This document shows positions 33,996 to 46,825 of a DNA stretch of 64,000 nt, in pieces (the first letter of the stretch is position 1; every line of letters starts with the position of its first letter). This DNA comes from Thecamonas trahens ATCC 50062 (taxonomy: Eukaryota; Protista; Apusomonadida): the NCBI RefSeq assembly GCF_000142905.1, contig NW_013657633.1:107154-171153 (forward strand). The letters run 5' to 3'. A program made the position numbers and the translations under genes. Below the pieces are notes generated by a model. The model was not told where the DNA came from, ran no database searches, and saw nothing but the letters and a program-made list of their open reading frames with translations.

Positions 33996-36355
33996 CGTGT
34001 GCCAGATGCCGACGCTGCGCCCCGTGATGGCGCAGGTGGCGGCGGCGGTGGCGTGAACCGCGCCCCGCCGTTCACCGAAGCCTCAGCCTCGCCCTCAGCT
34101 CGCGCTGGAGCCGGAAAGTACCGCGGCCGCGGCAAGTCGCGCACCTCGTCGATCGCGATGCCATGAGCGATGTCCGAGATGTCGCGCTCGTCCGGCTGGA
34201 GAAGAAAGAGCGCAAGCGAGGGCATGAGCGGCGCCATGGCCATGAGCGTGAGAATCCGGAACGGCGACGGCTTGGCCCATCCGGCCTTGTCCGCCATAAA
34301 ATGCGGGACGACCGGTTCAGAGCCCTTGCCCTTACCCTTGCGCTTCTTCTTCTTCTTCTTCTTCTTCTTCTTCTTCTTCTTGCTCTTGGACTGTCGCTCC
34401 AGTCGCGACCGCTCCAGTCGTGGCACCTTGTCCTTACTCACCGGCGCAAACGGCTCAGCAATCACCGTGTCCGAAGAGTAGCCCGAGTCCGAGCCTGAGC
34501 CGTCATCGGTCTGCAGCGAAAGTGGCGGCAGCGAGGCGTCGAGCGGCTCGAGTGTGCCTCCTCCAGAACTCAGCAGCGAGCTCTGCATCGATGGTGCAAT
34601 GTGTGAGGCCTGCATGCTTCGCATTGGCTCCGAGGGCTCAAAGTACGACGGCACTTCGCGGAGAAACGAGCGCGACGCGATCGAGCTGACATCCGGCACG
34701 CGAACGTCCGGCGCAGACGTCTGGGTCTCCATCTCGGATCGGGCCACCTGCGGCGCCGGCTCACGGTCCGCGCCGGGGAATGGCGAGCCGTGATCAGCCC
34801 CAAGCGCCACAGAGATCGTCTCGGGCGCAAGCTCGTACTCGTAGTACTCGACATCGTACTCGACGGTCTGCTCCGAGTACTCGGACGAGTAGAACGAGGC
34901 TGAAAGCTCGCCGCCGCCGTCAGACTCGATCTTGCCGGCCGCCCGCGCCCGCTTCCACTTGGCAAACTTCTTGTACTCGTCGTAGAGCCCGCCAACAGGC
35001 ACATCGTCACCCGCCACCTCCCACAGCCGTTGCGACGACGGGCCGTCAGTCGAGTAGTACGAGCTTGACCCGCCGCCGCCACCACCACCACCGCCGTCGC
35101 CACCGGCCTCCCACTCGTTGTCCGACTGAGCGTCGCCGGCCTCGGCGCCCACCACGGGCACCGGCTCGACAACGTAGAACGAGAACGGAAGCGAAGCGGC
35201 GATGCGTGCCGAGGCAAACCGCTCGTGCCCGGGCCGCAGCGGGGCCTTATTGTCCTCGATACGCACAAACGACGAGTCGTCTAGCATGCCTGCGCTCGAA
35301 CTGTTGCCAGCACCGCTGGCTGAGCCGCTTCGGTGATCACCGTCGTCCTTGCCGATGGTCGAGCCTGCATCAAACGACGGTGAGCGGTGGCGAGGCGGGC
35401 TTGGCGCCCGTGATGGTGACCGCCGCAGGAGCCGGATAAACGGGGCAAGCTCGAGCGCCATCAGCTCGACTCGCACATGATGCAGCACGTCAAGCGCTTG
35501 CGCCCGCAGCTCGGCAGCCTTGCCGCTCACCACATTGCGCGAAGCGAGCTCGACCCCGCGCTGCCGGGCGACGCTCCCGACGTCTGCAAGTAGCGACCGG
35601 ACACGCGCAGCCATGCGCTCGACCTCATCTTTCTCAGACTCCGAGAGCGCAGCCCAATCTTCTGGATGCGACGCATAGCCGTCAACCAGCGGTGAGAACG
35701 AAGCCATGAGACGGGCCACGACGTCACGGGCCTCGTTCTCGATGTGCTTGTGGTCGATGTCGCGCATCGACGCGCCACCCGCCACCGATCCGTCATCCGC
35801 ATCCGACGACGAGGTCTGCGCTTGCGCATCCTGTGTACCATGTGCCTCAGGCAGCTGCGCCTTGCCTGTCACGTCGGCATGCTGCCAGAGCCCGTCGAGA
35901 GCGTCAGCCACGGCAGCGCCGCGTGCATACGCGTGGTCGACCTTTCCAGCCAACAGGCGGAGCGATTCCTCATGGGCCATGGCCGTCTCCCCAAGCTGAT
36001 CCCGTCCTTTGCGCAGCAGGGCATGCGCCTGCAACAGCTCTGCCCGCGCCGCCTCGAGCGCCTTACGCACGTCGCCAGCCACCGAGTCCACCGCCGCCAG
36101 GTCGTCGGCCTCGGCCGCCTGCAGCAGCGCCACGTCTGCCTCCATCGAGCTGACCGTCGCCAACGCCTTCCGCTCGGCGTCCCGGAGCGCATGTACCACC
36201 TGCGGGTACATGACAAGGTGTTTGCGCTAAGTGGAGTGGTGTGGCGTGGCGTGGTGTAGCGCCAAGGGGGCAGCTAGGCGTACGGTGGTAGGGCCTGGTC
36301 CCGGTGCGGGTCTTGCGGTTGCGGGGGTGGGGGGACCGACAGCGAACATTGTCAT
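33992..36355 (-). CDS. Hypothetical protein with N-terminal coiled coil, acidic Tyr-rich segments and a poly-Lys tract; 2 exons
   Basis: 739-aa ORF with host-like codon usage. Putative exon 1 36355-36284 has a GTACGC donor; acceptor CAG at 36200, phase 0. Confidence 0.65.
34343..34381 (+). repeat. (CTT)n tract encoding poly-Lys on the minus strand
   Basis: read directly. Confidence 0.9.
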
Positions 36356-37043
36356 TTTTTTTACCAATCCCCCCCCTCCCGGCTACTCTGTCGTCTTCGT
36401 CCTACATCTCCTGCTCTATTCCAAGATCCTTGAACTTTGATGGCTTCTTCAATGAGAGTAGCCTCTTACATCTCCTACAATCTCCCTCCCGTACCGTCAC
36501 TTCCATCACTGACTGGAAAATCCCCACTTTCTCGATCGCTTCAGTCATGCCTTGTTTTCCTTCGTCAAAAAAATGTTCGGAGGCCAGCATGTGGGGAGAA
36601 CGGTTGTCATGTGGAGCATTCGCCTGGAGGAACACACACACACTCCCACGATCACACACAATGTATATATAGTATCGCTGATGTATACCTAAATGCATGT
36701 AGAAGCTGTACCAGCGCACCATCTTCTCTCCAAAGCCTCAAACACGTCCAGACATCATTGTTCTGCTCTTCCGCCACCCAAATATTATCAGGGGAAATCC
36801 ACACCCTGCCACCCACTCTTCCACCCTTCTCCCCGCTCCGCCACACCTCCTCCATCCCCATCTCCACCCCTCATACTCTTCCTCATCGCATCATGTATTC
36901 CCTCCGCTGCTCCTTCCATCCCCTCTCCCGTCCTCTGATCAATATGTGCCAACCAAAAAGAGCACGGCTCAAAGCTTTGCATCACAACTGACTGAGACAC
37001 CCGCTGGGAGACGGGCGGGAGAGCGGCCACCTCGCTCACGGCC

Positions 37044-38408
37044 ATGGAGACAGAGGCCGAGGAGGTAGCAGGGCTGAAGGCGGCACTGGCCGAGGCGGAA
37101 GCGACCAACGAGCGGCTGCGAGTGGTTGCGCTGGCCCAGTCCGAGGCTCTGGCAAAGCTGGCGGAGAGCAGCGCGGACGGGACAGCGGCAACAGACAAAG
37201 GCGGCAAAGGCCATGTTTCTGGCTCCGATGCAGATGCACGGATCAACGAGCTGGAGCGCCGCAACGGGGTGTATCGGAGAGAGTTGGTCCATGCTGCCAA
37301 CGAGCTGGCTCGTCTGCGCGGCCTCCGCGACTCGCTGGATGCTGTAGGTGGCCTCCGTGTCCTGGGCGATGGCAGCCTGACAGTCAATGCTGACGCGCTG
37401 CGGGTGGACGATCCCATTGCGGGCGCCATAAGCTCCGTGTACGTAGTCCGCATGGGTGACTCACCATCATCAAGTCTGACGTCTTCAGCGCTGTCTGGCT
37501 CTGTCGCCCGTGAGGCCGCCCGTCGCCTGCGAGTTCCGGGGAAGCTGCCGTTTGATCACAAGCTCAACCCGATGCAACTCGAGATGCACGTTCGGCTGTG
37601 GGAGCGGGTCGGAGCCGAGCTTGTAGCCGAGAACACCGCTCGCAAGTCAGCGGCGGAGAAGCTCGGTCGCAGAGTCCGGGCTCTGGCGGCCGAGCTGGAC
37701 CTGGCGGAGCGGCGGCTGGCAGCTTACGCACGCGATGCTGCCCACCCCCCGCAGCCGCCGGCGCGCAACCCGGCGCTGGAAGCTCTTGTCGCTGAGGACG
37801 AGCTTCTGGATGAGTTGACTGAGCAAACCACGAGAGTCAACACCTCGCTGCAGGAGACGCTCGATCTGGCGCGAAAGAATCAAAGGCGGCTGGCGGAGGC
37901 ACGGGTGGCGCCGTCGTCGAGTCCCTCGACGGCGCGCCGGCGGTCACCGCCCGAGCCCGAGTCGTCGTGGCTGAGCTCGGTCGATGGCGACGAAGTTGCC
38001 GCCTTTGTTGAGATACCGTCGTTTGCAGACATGTTTGGCAACGATGGCGCGCTCTTTGACGAGGACCTGGCTTCGGTGGGCGAGCCGGACCCAAATCCGG
38101 ACGAGTCGGTGACCAGCGCCGGCGCCGCCGACCGCCGACCTCCCCCGCCTACATCATCCCCATCAGTTGGGCATCGGTTGCGCTCGCTCCCGCCAGGTGC
38201 GGTCTCTCCGCCGGTGCCACCTCTGTCGTCAGGCGGTAAGCGGCGGCGGTTCTCTATTTCCTTTGCCGGCACCGGCGCTGCCGCCCTAGTTCGCGAGCTA
38301 GGCGCTAGCGATGCTCCATTCCGCTCCCCCCAGTCGACCGCCATCAGCTCCCGTCTCGATCGCAGGCCGCGTCATCCGCCTGTAGTCCGTCGAGAGCAAA
38401 CCCAGTAG
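37044..38408 (+). CDS. Hypothetical coiled-coil protein
   Basis: 454-aa ORF with GCCATGG start context, heptad-like helical segments and a disordered C-terminus; no family recognised. Confidence 0.65.
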   Translation: METEAEEVAGLKAALAEAEATNERLRVVALAQSEALAKLAESSADGTAATDKGGKGHVSGSDADARINELERRNGVYRRELVHAANELARLRGLRDSLDAVGGLRVLGDGSLTVNADALRVDDPIAGAISSVYVVRMGDSPSSSLTSSALSGSVAREAARRLRVPGKLPFDHKLNPMQLEMHVRLWERVGAELVAENTARKSAAEKLGRRVRALAAELDLAERRLAAYARDAAHPPQPPARNPALEALVAEDELLDELTEQTTRVNTSLQETLDLARKNQRRLAEARVAPSSSPSTARRRSPPEPESSWLSSVDGDEVAAFVEIPSFADMFGNDGALFDEDLASVGEPDPNPDESVTSAGAADRRPPPPTSSPSVGHRLRSLPPGAVSPPVPPLSSGGKRRRFSISFAGTGAAALVRELGASDAPFRSPQSTAISSRLDRRPRHPPVVRREQTQ

Positions 38409-38534
38409 CAATGCATATCCGACCCACCCCACCTCGCCCACAACCTTTACATCCGATCTGTCGACCCAGCCGTGGCAGCTGGACCCGGACCGGGACCCCT
38501 CCATGGCCACCGCCCCACATCCCCCTGTCCGACA

Positions 38535-38602
38535 CACGCACACACACCTCACACTCACACACACACATACATACACACATACATACACATACATACACAC
38601 AC
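38535..38602 (+). repeat. (CA)n/(CATA)n microsatellite abutting an ATG
   Basis: read directly. Confidence 0.9.
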
Positions 38603-39580
38603 ATGTTGCGGAGTGGTGACGCGGAGCTCCACCCGTTCCATGGGCTGAGCATGGCGCTTGCGGCGCAGGGCACGACGGCGGCGTATTGGGACGCCGTGTA
38701 CACTACCGAGTTGGCGCGTGTGGAGGGCGGGGCTGGGAGCGGTGAGCTCGGTCTGGCTGCTCTACTCAACGAAGTGTATGTGTGGTACGGGAGCGAACCT
38801 GTGGCGCTCATTGTCTCGCTCTTGGCCCATGCTGAGGAGCATCTGCCTCGCATCGCTGACGTCGCCGCCCGCGGCGAACTGCGCCTCCTGGAGGCAGGCT
38901 GCGGGAACGGGCATCTCGCCCTTGTCCTCGCCGCCATGGGCAGCGAGCTAGGCATTGCGGAGATCGTCGGTGCTGATCGCTCGCGTCCGGCCATCAACGT
39001 TGCAAAGGTCCTGCGTGCGCGGCTCGAGGCTGATCTCGACGACGCTGCGCGCTCGGCCAGGCCCGAGCTCATCTTTGTCGACGACGACCTGACCGAGTCG
39101 GGCATGGCTCCGGCCGCCTTTCACGTCGTCATCGACAAAGGCTCGCTCGATTGTCTGGTCATGGAGGACCGCGTCGTCGACTCGGACGACGATGCCACAG
39201 AGTCGACCCGTGATCGCGAGAAGCTGCCACTCATGCCTGAGGACACAGGCAACCTGGCCAACGCCTACCTGTGGGGCGTGGCCGAGCGGCTGGTTGTTGG
39301 TGGCTACTTTGTCCTTGTCACCATCGCAGTCTCTCGGTCCGAGCTCGATGCATATCTCGTCGAGAGCGCCGTCCCGCTCGTTGTCGCCGCCGACCTGAGC
39401 TCGCTCTTTGCCGACGACGCCGAAGGCTCGCTCCTCGCCCTTGTGCTCGAGCGTGTTGTTGACGACGACAACTCGGACGACGACAGTGCGAACAGCGCCT
39501 CCGACGCCGCCCGCAATGCTACTCCTGACGCTGATGCTGATACAGATGTGGATGCGGATGCGGGTGAAAGCCAGGCCTGA
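38603..39580 (+). CDS. Class I SAM-dependent protein-lysine methyltransferase, EEF1AKMT2/METTL10/Efm4-like
   Basis: GTTAAYWDAVYTTEL...VWYG; motif I LLEAGCGNGHL; post-I IVGADRS; motif II FHVVIDKGSLDCL. Start at 38603 or 38651. Confidence 0.8.
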   Translation: MLRSGDAELHPFHGLSMALAAQGTTAAYWDAVYTTELARVEGGAGSGELGLAALLNEVYVWYGSEPVALIVSLLAHAEEHLPRIADVAARGELRLLEAGCGNGHLALVLAAMGSELGIAEIVGADRSRPAINVAKVLRARLEADLDDAARSARPELIFVDDDLTESGMAPAAFHVVIDKGSLDCLVMEDRVVDSDDDATESTRDREKLPLMPEDTGNLANAYLWGVAERLVVGGYFVLVTIAVSRSELDAYLVESAVPLVVAADLSSLFADDAEGSLLALVLERVVDDDNSDDDSANSASDAARNATPDADADTDVDADAGESQA

Positions 39581-40202
39581 GATGGCGAGCCGAACTGTGG
39601 CGTTGTGCCTCGTTTCGGCGACGTCGCACTCTTTGCGGCGTCTGCATCTAGTCGCCTCGGTACCCAACGTAAGCACGCCCAGCACTTTAAGGTCCCGATG
39701 ACACAGTATCCACATCGCCCGGGTGCTCCTGACGACCAATGGCAAATATATAGCCCCAAATCGCCCAACCTGCAACAGAATACAGCCTGATGGCGAGCGC
39801 ATGCGATAGCAATGAGATCGAGACGGTACACGGCTGACCGAAAGCTCGGCCTTAGCAAGGCAGCCGAGATCGCAGCTTGGTAGCGCGGCTGGCCGTGGAG
39901 CGGGTGCCACGACTGCGGACCCTGCGAGTTGAGGAGGCCCACCCACTCCAGGGACGAAATGCTTTAAGAGGTGTGGCGTAGCAAGGTACTCGCCGATCGC
40001 GCCGCGAACACAGGCCGGGGCATTGCTCTCCAGCCGCGCGTCCAAATGCGTAGCCGTGGGGTACGCCTGGCCCGCGTCCATTTCTGCCATCGGTCAGCCA
40101 ACTCGGTTGTGTACGTGGTAGAGCAGTCGGAAGCGAGACCGAGAGACACTCAACTCACCTTGGTTGCCACAGCAAAAGTCCGTTCCGGACCCGGCAATAA
40201 CC

Positions 40203-42508
40203 ATGCCCAAGACAACCAAGACAGCCAAGGCCAAGATAAAGGGCCGATGGACGGCAGAGGTATGTTCTTGTGGTAGTTTAGCTTGTTTTGCACCACATCC
40301 CGCCTTGGTCCCTCTTCTACATCTCTGCTATACCCATCTACAGCGGCGCCCCCGTAGCCTGCGTGTGAGTGACGTGACCGAGGTGTCCATCAGAGCGACA
40401 CAAGCGGGGATGGCTTGTGGGCGGTACTCCTGTACTACATGCATATTTTTGTCCACAAACCACATGCAGGCCTTCCCCTTCCATGGTGGTAGGTACTAGC
40501 CAAGTTTGGTTGTTGTGGTGGTAGTCCTGCTCCTGAACGGCCGCGGGAACCGCAAAGGCAATGTACCGGCCGTCGGCTGGCCTCCATCCTTGGCCACTTG
40601 CACACGGCAGTTTGCGGGAGTAGCGCCCGGACGCAGGACTTCCCCCAGAAACGCCCCGTTTTTCATGCAAGTAGAAGCGGTAGTCACATTGCTCCTTGCC
40701 AAGTTTGGTGGTCTCTTTCGACTCCATGCTTATGCTAGCCCGCCTGGGGCAGAGCAGGAGGCGGTTGGTGGCCGGAAAGAGGCGACGCTGTGGAGTGTTC
40801 CGCGAGTTTCGCCGACACCCACGCACGCTTCCATGGGCAACAACAGGATATATATGACAATGCGCAACACACGCTTGCCATGAGCATGTAGCGCGTATTT
40901 CGCTGCACCTCTTGATGTCATTTTGGTGGCAAAGTAGCCGGTAGGCGCTCTGTTAGAGCGGTACACGCACCGAGGTCACCGTTTGTTTCTATGTTTCTTT
41001 GCGGGAACCAGTCATCAAGGGACATTCCCGCTCTTTTTTGCCATTGCCTCGCTGCCCGGCGTCACACCCGCCAGTCAACGGAGGAGGGGCGGGATTTTTC
41101 ACTGCAGATGATGAAGATTCTGGTGCGGTGGTGCGGCCGAAGAGAGGGGAGGGGGATGGAGGAGGGGGGATGGGTGATGTGTGTACTCACAGTATGCTGC
41201 ATTTCGGGCGCGGACGTGACGTGGATGGGTTCACAGGAGGATGCGATTATCATAGAAATGGTGGCCAAGCACGGGCCGCGCAAGTGGAACACGGTCATTG
41301 CTGAGCGGCTGGAGGGCCGGGTGGGCAAGCAGTGCCGTGAGCGGTGGCACAACCATCTGGATCCGTCGATCTCTAAGGAGCCGTGGACGGCCAAGGAGGA
41401 TGAGATCATCATCGAGGCGCACGCGCGACTGGGCAACAAGTGGGCGGCGATTGCCAAGCTGCTCAAAGGGCGGCCGGACAACGCTATCAAGAACCACTGG
41501 AACTCAACACTCAAGCGGCGGGTGAACGGCGCCGAGGGCTCGCCGTCAGGCGGGCGGCGGGCCAAGAAGGCGCCGCAGACGCCGCAGTCACGGCGCGGGC
41601 GGAGCAAGGCGGGCTCGATGATTTCGCCGGGCACAGCGCGTGCGCGGACGTCGTCGCGGCTGGACTCTGCCGTCTCTGCCCTGAATGCTATCACGCCGGC
41701 CAACAAGGGTGCGCGAATGGCGCGTGGCGGATCACCATCGCCGTCGCGGCGGTGGCCGCGGAGCCGGACAGGCGCCCTGGAGCGCGGTATTGCCCTCACG
41801 GCTGACGATGAGGACGCCGCGGCGCAGTTGGCCACCATCTACACGTCGACGCCACCGCACTCTGCGCCGCAGTCCAAGACGACGTCGCCAGTGCCGCCGT
41901 GCCCGCTCCCGCTGGGCACCTTTTCTGAGTCGTTTGTCCCGCAGGCGGCGACGGTCCAGGTTGTGCCGCAGGCGCGGCGAGGCCCGTTTGCGCCGCTCAC
42001 GCCGCTGGCGGTCGGCGAGCGTGCGCGCGGCGTCGCGGCACCAATGACCGCCGAGGAGCAGGAGCTCCTCTCCATGGCCCAGTTTATGGCCAGCTCGTCA
42101 GCGGCGACCTCGCCCGTCCGGGCTACGGCGCCGCCGCCGGGCGAGCGCGCGGCAACGCGCTCTCCGTTTGTACCGCACGTCGGAGCCAAGCGCCGCCGCC
42201 GGCCGTCGGGATCGGACTCGAGCGACGAGAACTCTGGCGCCGGCGCCGGGAGCGTTGCCGCGGATGCCGGCTCGTCGTCGGCCTCCGCCGCCATGCCCAT
42301 CTCGCCGTCGCCGCTCGCCGATCCGGGCGCCCGCCCCGAGTTGGCCAACACGGCCTCGCGATTCAACACGCTCCAGTCGCGGCTGCAGGACCAGCTCGAT
42401 GCCGCCGCCGGCGATGCCCTCGCCGCCGCCCGTGTCCAGCGCCCGCCGACCAAGCGGGCCAAGTCGCTTGTCGCCACATCCGATGGCAATATCCACAGCG
42501 ACGCCTAA
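40203..42508 (+). CDS. R2R3 Myb transcription factor (c-Myb-like), 2 exons (40203-40259 and 41237-42508)
   Basis: Joining the GTATGT donor (40260) to the CAG acceptor (41236) restores KGRWTAE|[17 protein letters not shown]...[17 protein letters not shown]...WTAKEDEII...[30 protein letters not shown]. Confidence 0.92.
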
Positions 42509-42901
42509 CCCAAGCCGCACCCCGCTAGTCATGCGTAGTCACCTCGTGTCAAACGCAACTGTAACTGTCGCCATCTATGTCTTGCCCGGGGGGGGGGGGG
42601 GGGGGGGGGAGGGGATACAAGCGAGAGATAGCGTACGGGTTTGGTTGGTAANNNNNNNNNNNNNNNNNNNNNNNNNNNNNNNNNNNNNNNNNNNNNNNNN
42701 NNNNNNNNNNNNNNNNNNNNNNNNNNNNNNNNNNNNNNNNNNNNNNNNNNNNNNNNNNNNNNNNNNNNNNNNNNNNNNNNNNNNNNNNNNNNNNNNNNNN
42801 NNNNNNNNNNNNNNNNNNNNNNNNNNNNNNNNNNNNNNNNNNNNNNNNNNNNNNNNNNNNNNNNNNNNNNNACAATTCTTGTCTGAGACCACCACCACAC
42901 T

Positions 42902-42928
42902 CACACACACACACACACACACACACAC
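42902..42928 (+). repeat. (CA)n microsatellite abutting the TRAPPC10 start
   Basis: read directly. Confidence 0.95.
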
Positions 42929-42932
42929 GCGC

Positions 42933-45900
42933 ATGGAGGAGTCCACTTCCACTACCCCCTCCCCCTCCCCTGCCGCTGCTGCGCCTGCTGCCGACTCGCC
43001 CTCGCCTCCAGAAGCAGGCGCTCTGGACGAGAGCGTGAGAGTCAACATGGACAATGGAGCAGACGCAGACCTAGGTGCTCTTGTCGAACCCGAGCCTGAA
43101 CCCGAGCACGAAGCCGAACCCAAACCCGAACCCGAGCACGAAGCCGGGCACGAAGCCGAACCCAAACCCGAACCCGAGCAAGAAGCCGAGCACAAAGCCG
43201 AACCCAAGCCCGACACGGCGCCTGCCGACACCAACAACTCGCCCGCAAAACACAAGTCCAAAGCCAAGTCCAAGTCCAAGCCCAAGGCCAAGTCCAAGTC
43301 CAAGCCCAAGTCCAAGGCTAGCAATGGCGACAAGCCATCGATCAAGTCCTCGCCCGAGCTGCGGGCGGGATACCCGGCTGGGGCATCGCCGATTCTGACG
43401 CCGACGGCGATGGCGTCGGGCGGGTACCTGACGTCGACTGACACTCATGCGCTGGGCATGGTGTACGCCGACCCAGGCGGAGCAATGGCGGTCATTGCGC
43501 CGCGACTCGAGGCGCACATGCCGTTCCGCAACGTCATCTGCACCTCCATCGACAACAAGTCGGGCATGTACATCGGCTCCGTGTCGGTGACGCTCTCGCG
43601 CGAGACGCCCGACCTCGACGGTGGGCGCAACTCGCTCTCGCAGTACTGGCACCTCCTCCCGGTCCTCCGCATCTTTGTGCTGACCTGTGAGACGGCTGAT
43701 ACGTACAAGCGCGACCACCGGCAAGAGCTCAAGTCGTGGCTCACCCGCGTCGCAGCGCTCCCAGTTCCGGCCCACTGGCTCGTCCTGCACGTCACCGGCG
43801 CGCCGTCCAAGGCCAAGGAGTCGCGGTTCAAAAGTCACTCACCTCCAAGATCAAGTCGGACCTCGCACCATTCGTGCCGAAGACCTCTGGCGGGCCTCGG
43901 CTGGTCCAGCTCGTGCTCGATGCCCATGAGCGTGAGTGGCTCGACCGGGCTCGCGGTGCTCCGCAAGGTTCGCGCCCGTCGCCGCTCGCTTCGCCGCCTA
44001 ATGCCCGCAAGTACGAGGAGCTCACCACCGAGCTCGCCGCCGGCCTCATGGCCGGCTTCAACGCCCGCATTCTCGCCTTTCGCGCCGAGATCAGCCACAT
44101 CACCGCGTCCATCGGGCCCGGTTGGAACTACTGTCGGTTTTTTGTGGTCAAAGAGGGCCTCGCGCTCCTCTACGAGCAGGCCTCGCTTCACATCAAGGCG
44201 CTGGAGATTTACGAGCATCTCAGTGGCATGCATCGCTCCGGTGAGGTCCCGCACACTCCGGGCGTTCTGGACACCTTTGGCACTGTCGACTTTGACCTTG
44301 CTGCCCAGCTGTTTACCCTTTCGGCGCTCCCCTACCGCGGCCTCATGTTCGAGTCCAAGATCTCACTCCTCGAGTTTCATGTCTATGTCACCGGACGCCG
44401 TGTCGCGCTCCTTGCTTCCCTCGGCTACACCGACCAAATGGCCGATGTGGCGCTTGCGTTTCTCTCCGGCGTCGTTCCGCAAGTCCGTTCGCTTCCGGCG
44501 TCGTCGTGGATTCTCCGCGGCGTCCCGCTGCCGGCTTCACCGGACGCGCCGTTTCTCAGCCCGCTCGCCCTTGTCGAGGCCTGGCAGGCACTTGCCGCTC
44601 TGGGTCTTTTACCGATCCTGGAAGCAGCAGCCGGGCTCGCCGATGAGCCTGACGCACCGCAGCCGCTCGAGCACCGGCTCATTGCAGTGCGGCTGGTTTC
44701 GTACGCTGCGGCCCACCTCGGCGCCTTTGGTGCCGCCATCGGTGCCCTGCCGTACACCTCGTTTGAAGCTGCGCTTCGCTCGGCGCCCGCAGATTCAGCT
44801 CAGGTCTGGACGCTCCCGCGCCAGTTTGAGACTTCGGGCCTCACGCAGACCGAGCCGACCGCCCTCTACGAGGTCGCGTCGCTCTCGGCGCTCGAGCTGC
44901 GCGACGCCTTTTACGTGGCGTACAACATTCTCCTCGCTCATCTCGTTGCGGTCCATGACGATGCTGGGCGGAGCCGGACGGCTGCACTCTTCCGCGCCGA
45001 GCTTGGCTACGTAGCGCTGGTCCGCGGCGACTACGCCGCGGCCGCTGGCCTCCTCGCCGGCATTTGCGACATCTACCACCACGAGCGCTGGCCGTCGCTC
45101 TACGGCATGGCCATGCTGCAGCTAGCGGCGACGCAGCGGGCGGCCCTGGCAGGCGTGGCAGCTGCCGGCTCAGCCCCGCCTCCAGAGCTAGTCACCGCCC
45201 ATGCCACCACCCTCATCCGAGTGCTTTCGGCGCGCGATGTGACGCTCCCGTCAGCCTCGCTCGCAAATTCGCTTGCGTCCGAACTGGTGGCGCTCGCACC
45301 CCACGCCGCGCTGTCGCTCGACGCCAGCGCAGTCCTCGGCGCCCGCCTCAGTCTGGCCGGTGCCGCGCTCCAGGTTGCCCGCGGCGCAAATCTCTCCGAG
45401 CTACCTCTCGGTGCACCGTTTGAGCTCGAGCTCTCGTTCGACTCGGCGCTGGCAGCGCCACTCCCAGTCGTGAGTCTCGTCCTGCAGCTGGTCCCGGTGC
45501 TAGGCGACGACAATGGGCGCGGTTGCGAAAATGGGGAGGTTTTCGAGCTGACGCTCACGCCCGAGCCTGGTGCCACGAGCAACGACCGCTTTTTCTTTGC
45601 CGGCGCCGATGGCTTCCCGAGTCTCGGACCGTGGGCCGTGGCCCGGATCGAAGCGACCGTTGCCGACGCCCTGGTTCTTGTCCCGCTTGTGCCCGAGCAG
45701 GCGCTTGTTCATGTGGCAGCGCGCGAGGCGCCGTGGACAGTGGTGCTTGAGCACGGCGCGCCGGCGCATCGCGACACAGCATCGGAGCTTGTATTGGCCA
45801 TTGCACCGACACCTGTCACGCTCGTCGATCCGCGGACGCTCGCAGAGGTGACCATCCGGATCGAGATTGCTCCACATAGGCCTGCAGGCGCCGGTCCGGT

Positions 45901-46825
45901 TCTTGTCATCGACTCGGGCCGCGAGCCAGCGCTGAGCGGCAGCGAGCATGCCCAGCTCCGCCAGTGCGAGGATGTGGTTGTCGAGTGGGTGCTGAGCCGT
46001 GTGTTGACCGAACACAGCTGGGAGGTTCGGGTGCCTGTGATGGGCATCGACGTCGGCACTGTGGTTGTCGGCGTCGAGGTGCAGTGCGCCGCATACGCGG
46101 CGGCAAGCTCGATGGTGGTTGACGTGGCGCCGCTGCTGGCGCCGAGCCTCTCGCTTCTGCCGGGCCGCGAGGACGGGCGGTGGTATGCCCAGCTCAAGCT
46201 GACGAACATCGCCCCACACGACATCGACGTGGCCGACATTGATCTGACGGCAAACGTGGGATCGGTGAGCGTGAACCGCGCATCGCGGTGTGGGTCGCGG
46301 TCGGCGCTGCTCGGACGCGGACGGACGGTCGGTGCGCTGTTTGACGTGCAGCTAGTGGGTGAGAAGAGCGTGGAGACGGTGGCGGACGTTGTGGTCGGCG
46401 TCGGCGGCGTCGGAGTGTGGCGCGAGCGCGTCCCGCTTGTTCTTGCTGTTCCGCGGCTGGAAGTCGAGTTTGTGCTCGAGCGTGGCCTGGTGGCCAACGT
46501 CTTTACAACAGCGCGGACGCGGCTGCGGCGGATCGACGGCAAGCTGGAGAGTGTCGAGCTGCGGCTGACGCTGGCGGTCGACAGCTCGGCGTGGTTAGTG
46601 GCCGGCAAGACAAGCCAGGTGCTGCAGGTCGGGAGTGAGTGGCGCGAGGTTGTGGTCCGAGTTATGCCGCTGCGGGCAGGCCAGCTGCCGATGCCTCAAG
46701 CAAGTGTCAACATCAGCGCGGCTAGCGAGTGGCCGGTGGCGTACCCGCCGCGTGGCGCCACCATCCGCATCCTGCCGCCACTGGAGATGCTCGCCCCGGC
46801 GCTGCCGGACCACATGATGGGTTAA
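42933..46825 (+). CDS. TRAPPC10: TRAPP II subunit TRAPPC10/Trs130, with a single-base deficit at 43830-43833
   Basis: IFVLTCETADTYK...LKSWL...WLVLHV; after the frame change SKIKSDL...GWNYCRFFVVKEGLALLYEQASLHIKALEIYEHL; YHHERW; C-terminal WLVAGKT...VMPLRAGQLPMP. Confidence 0.82.
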
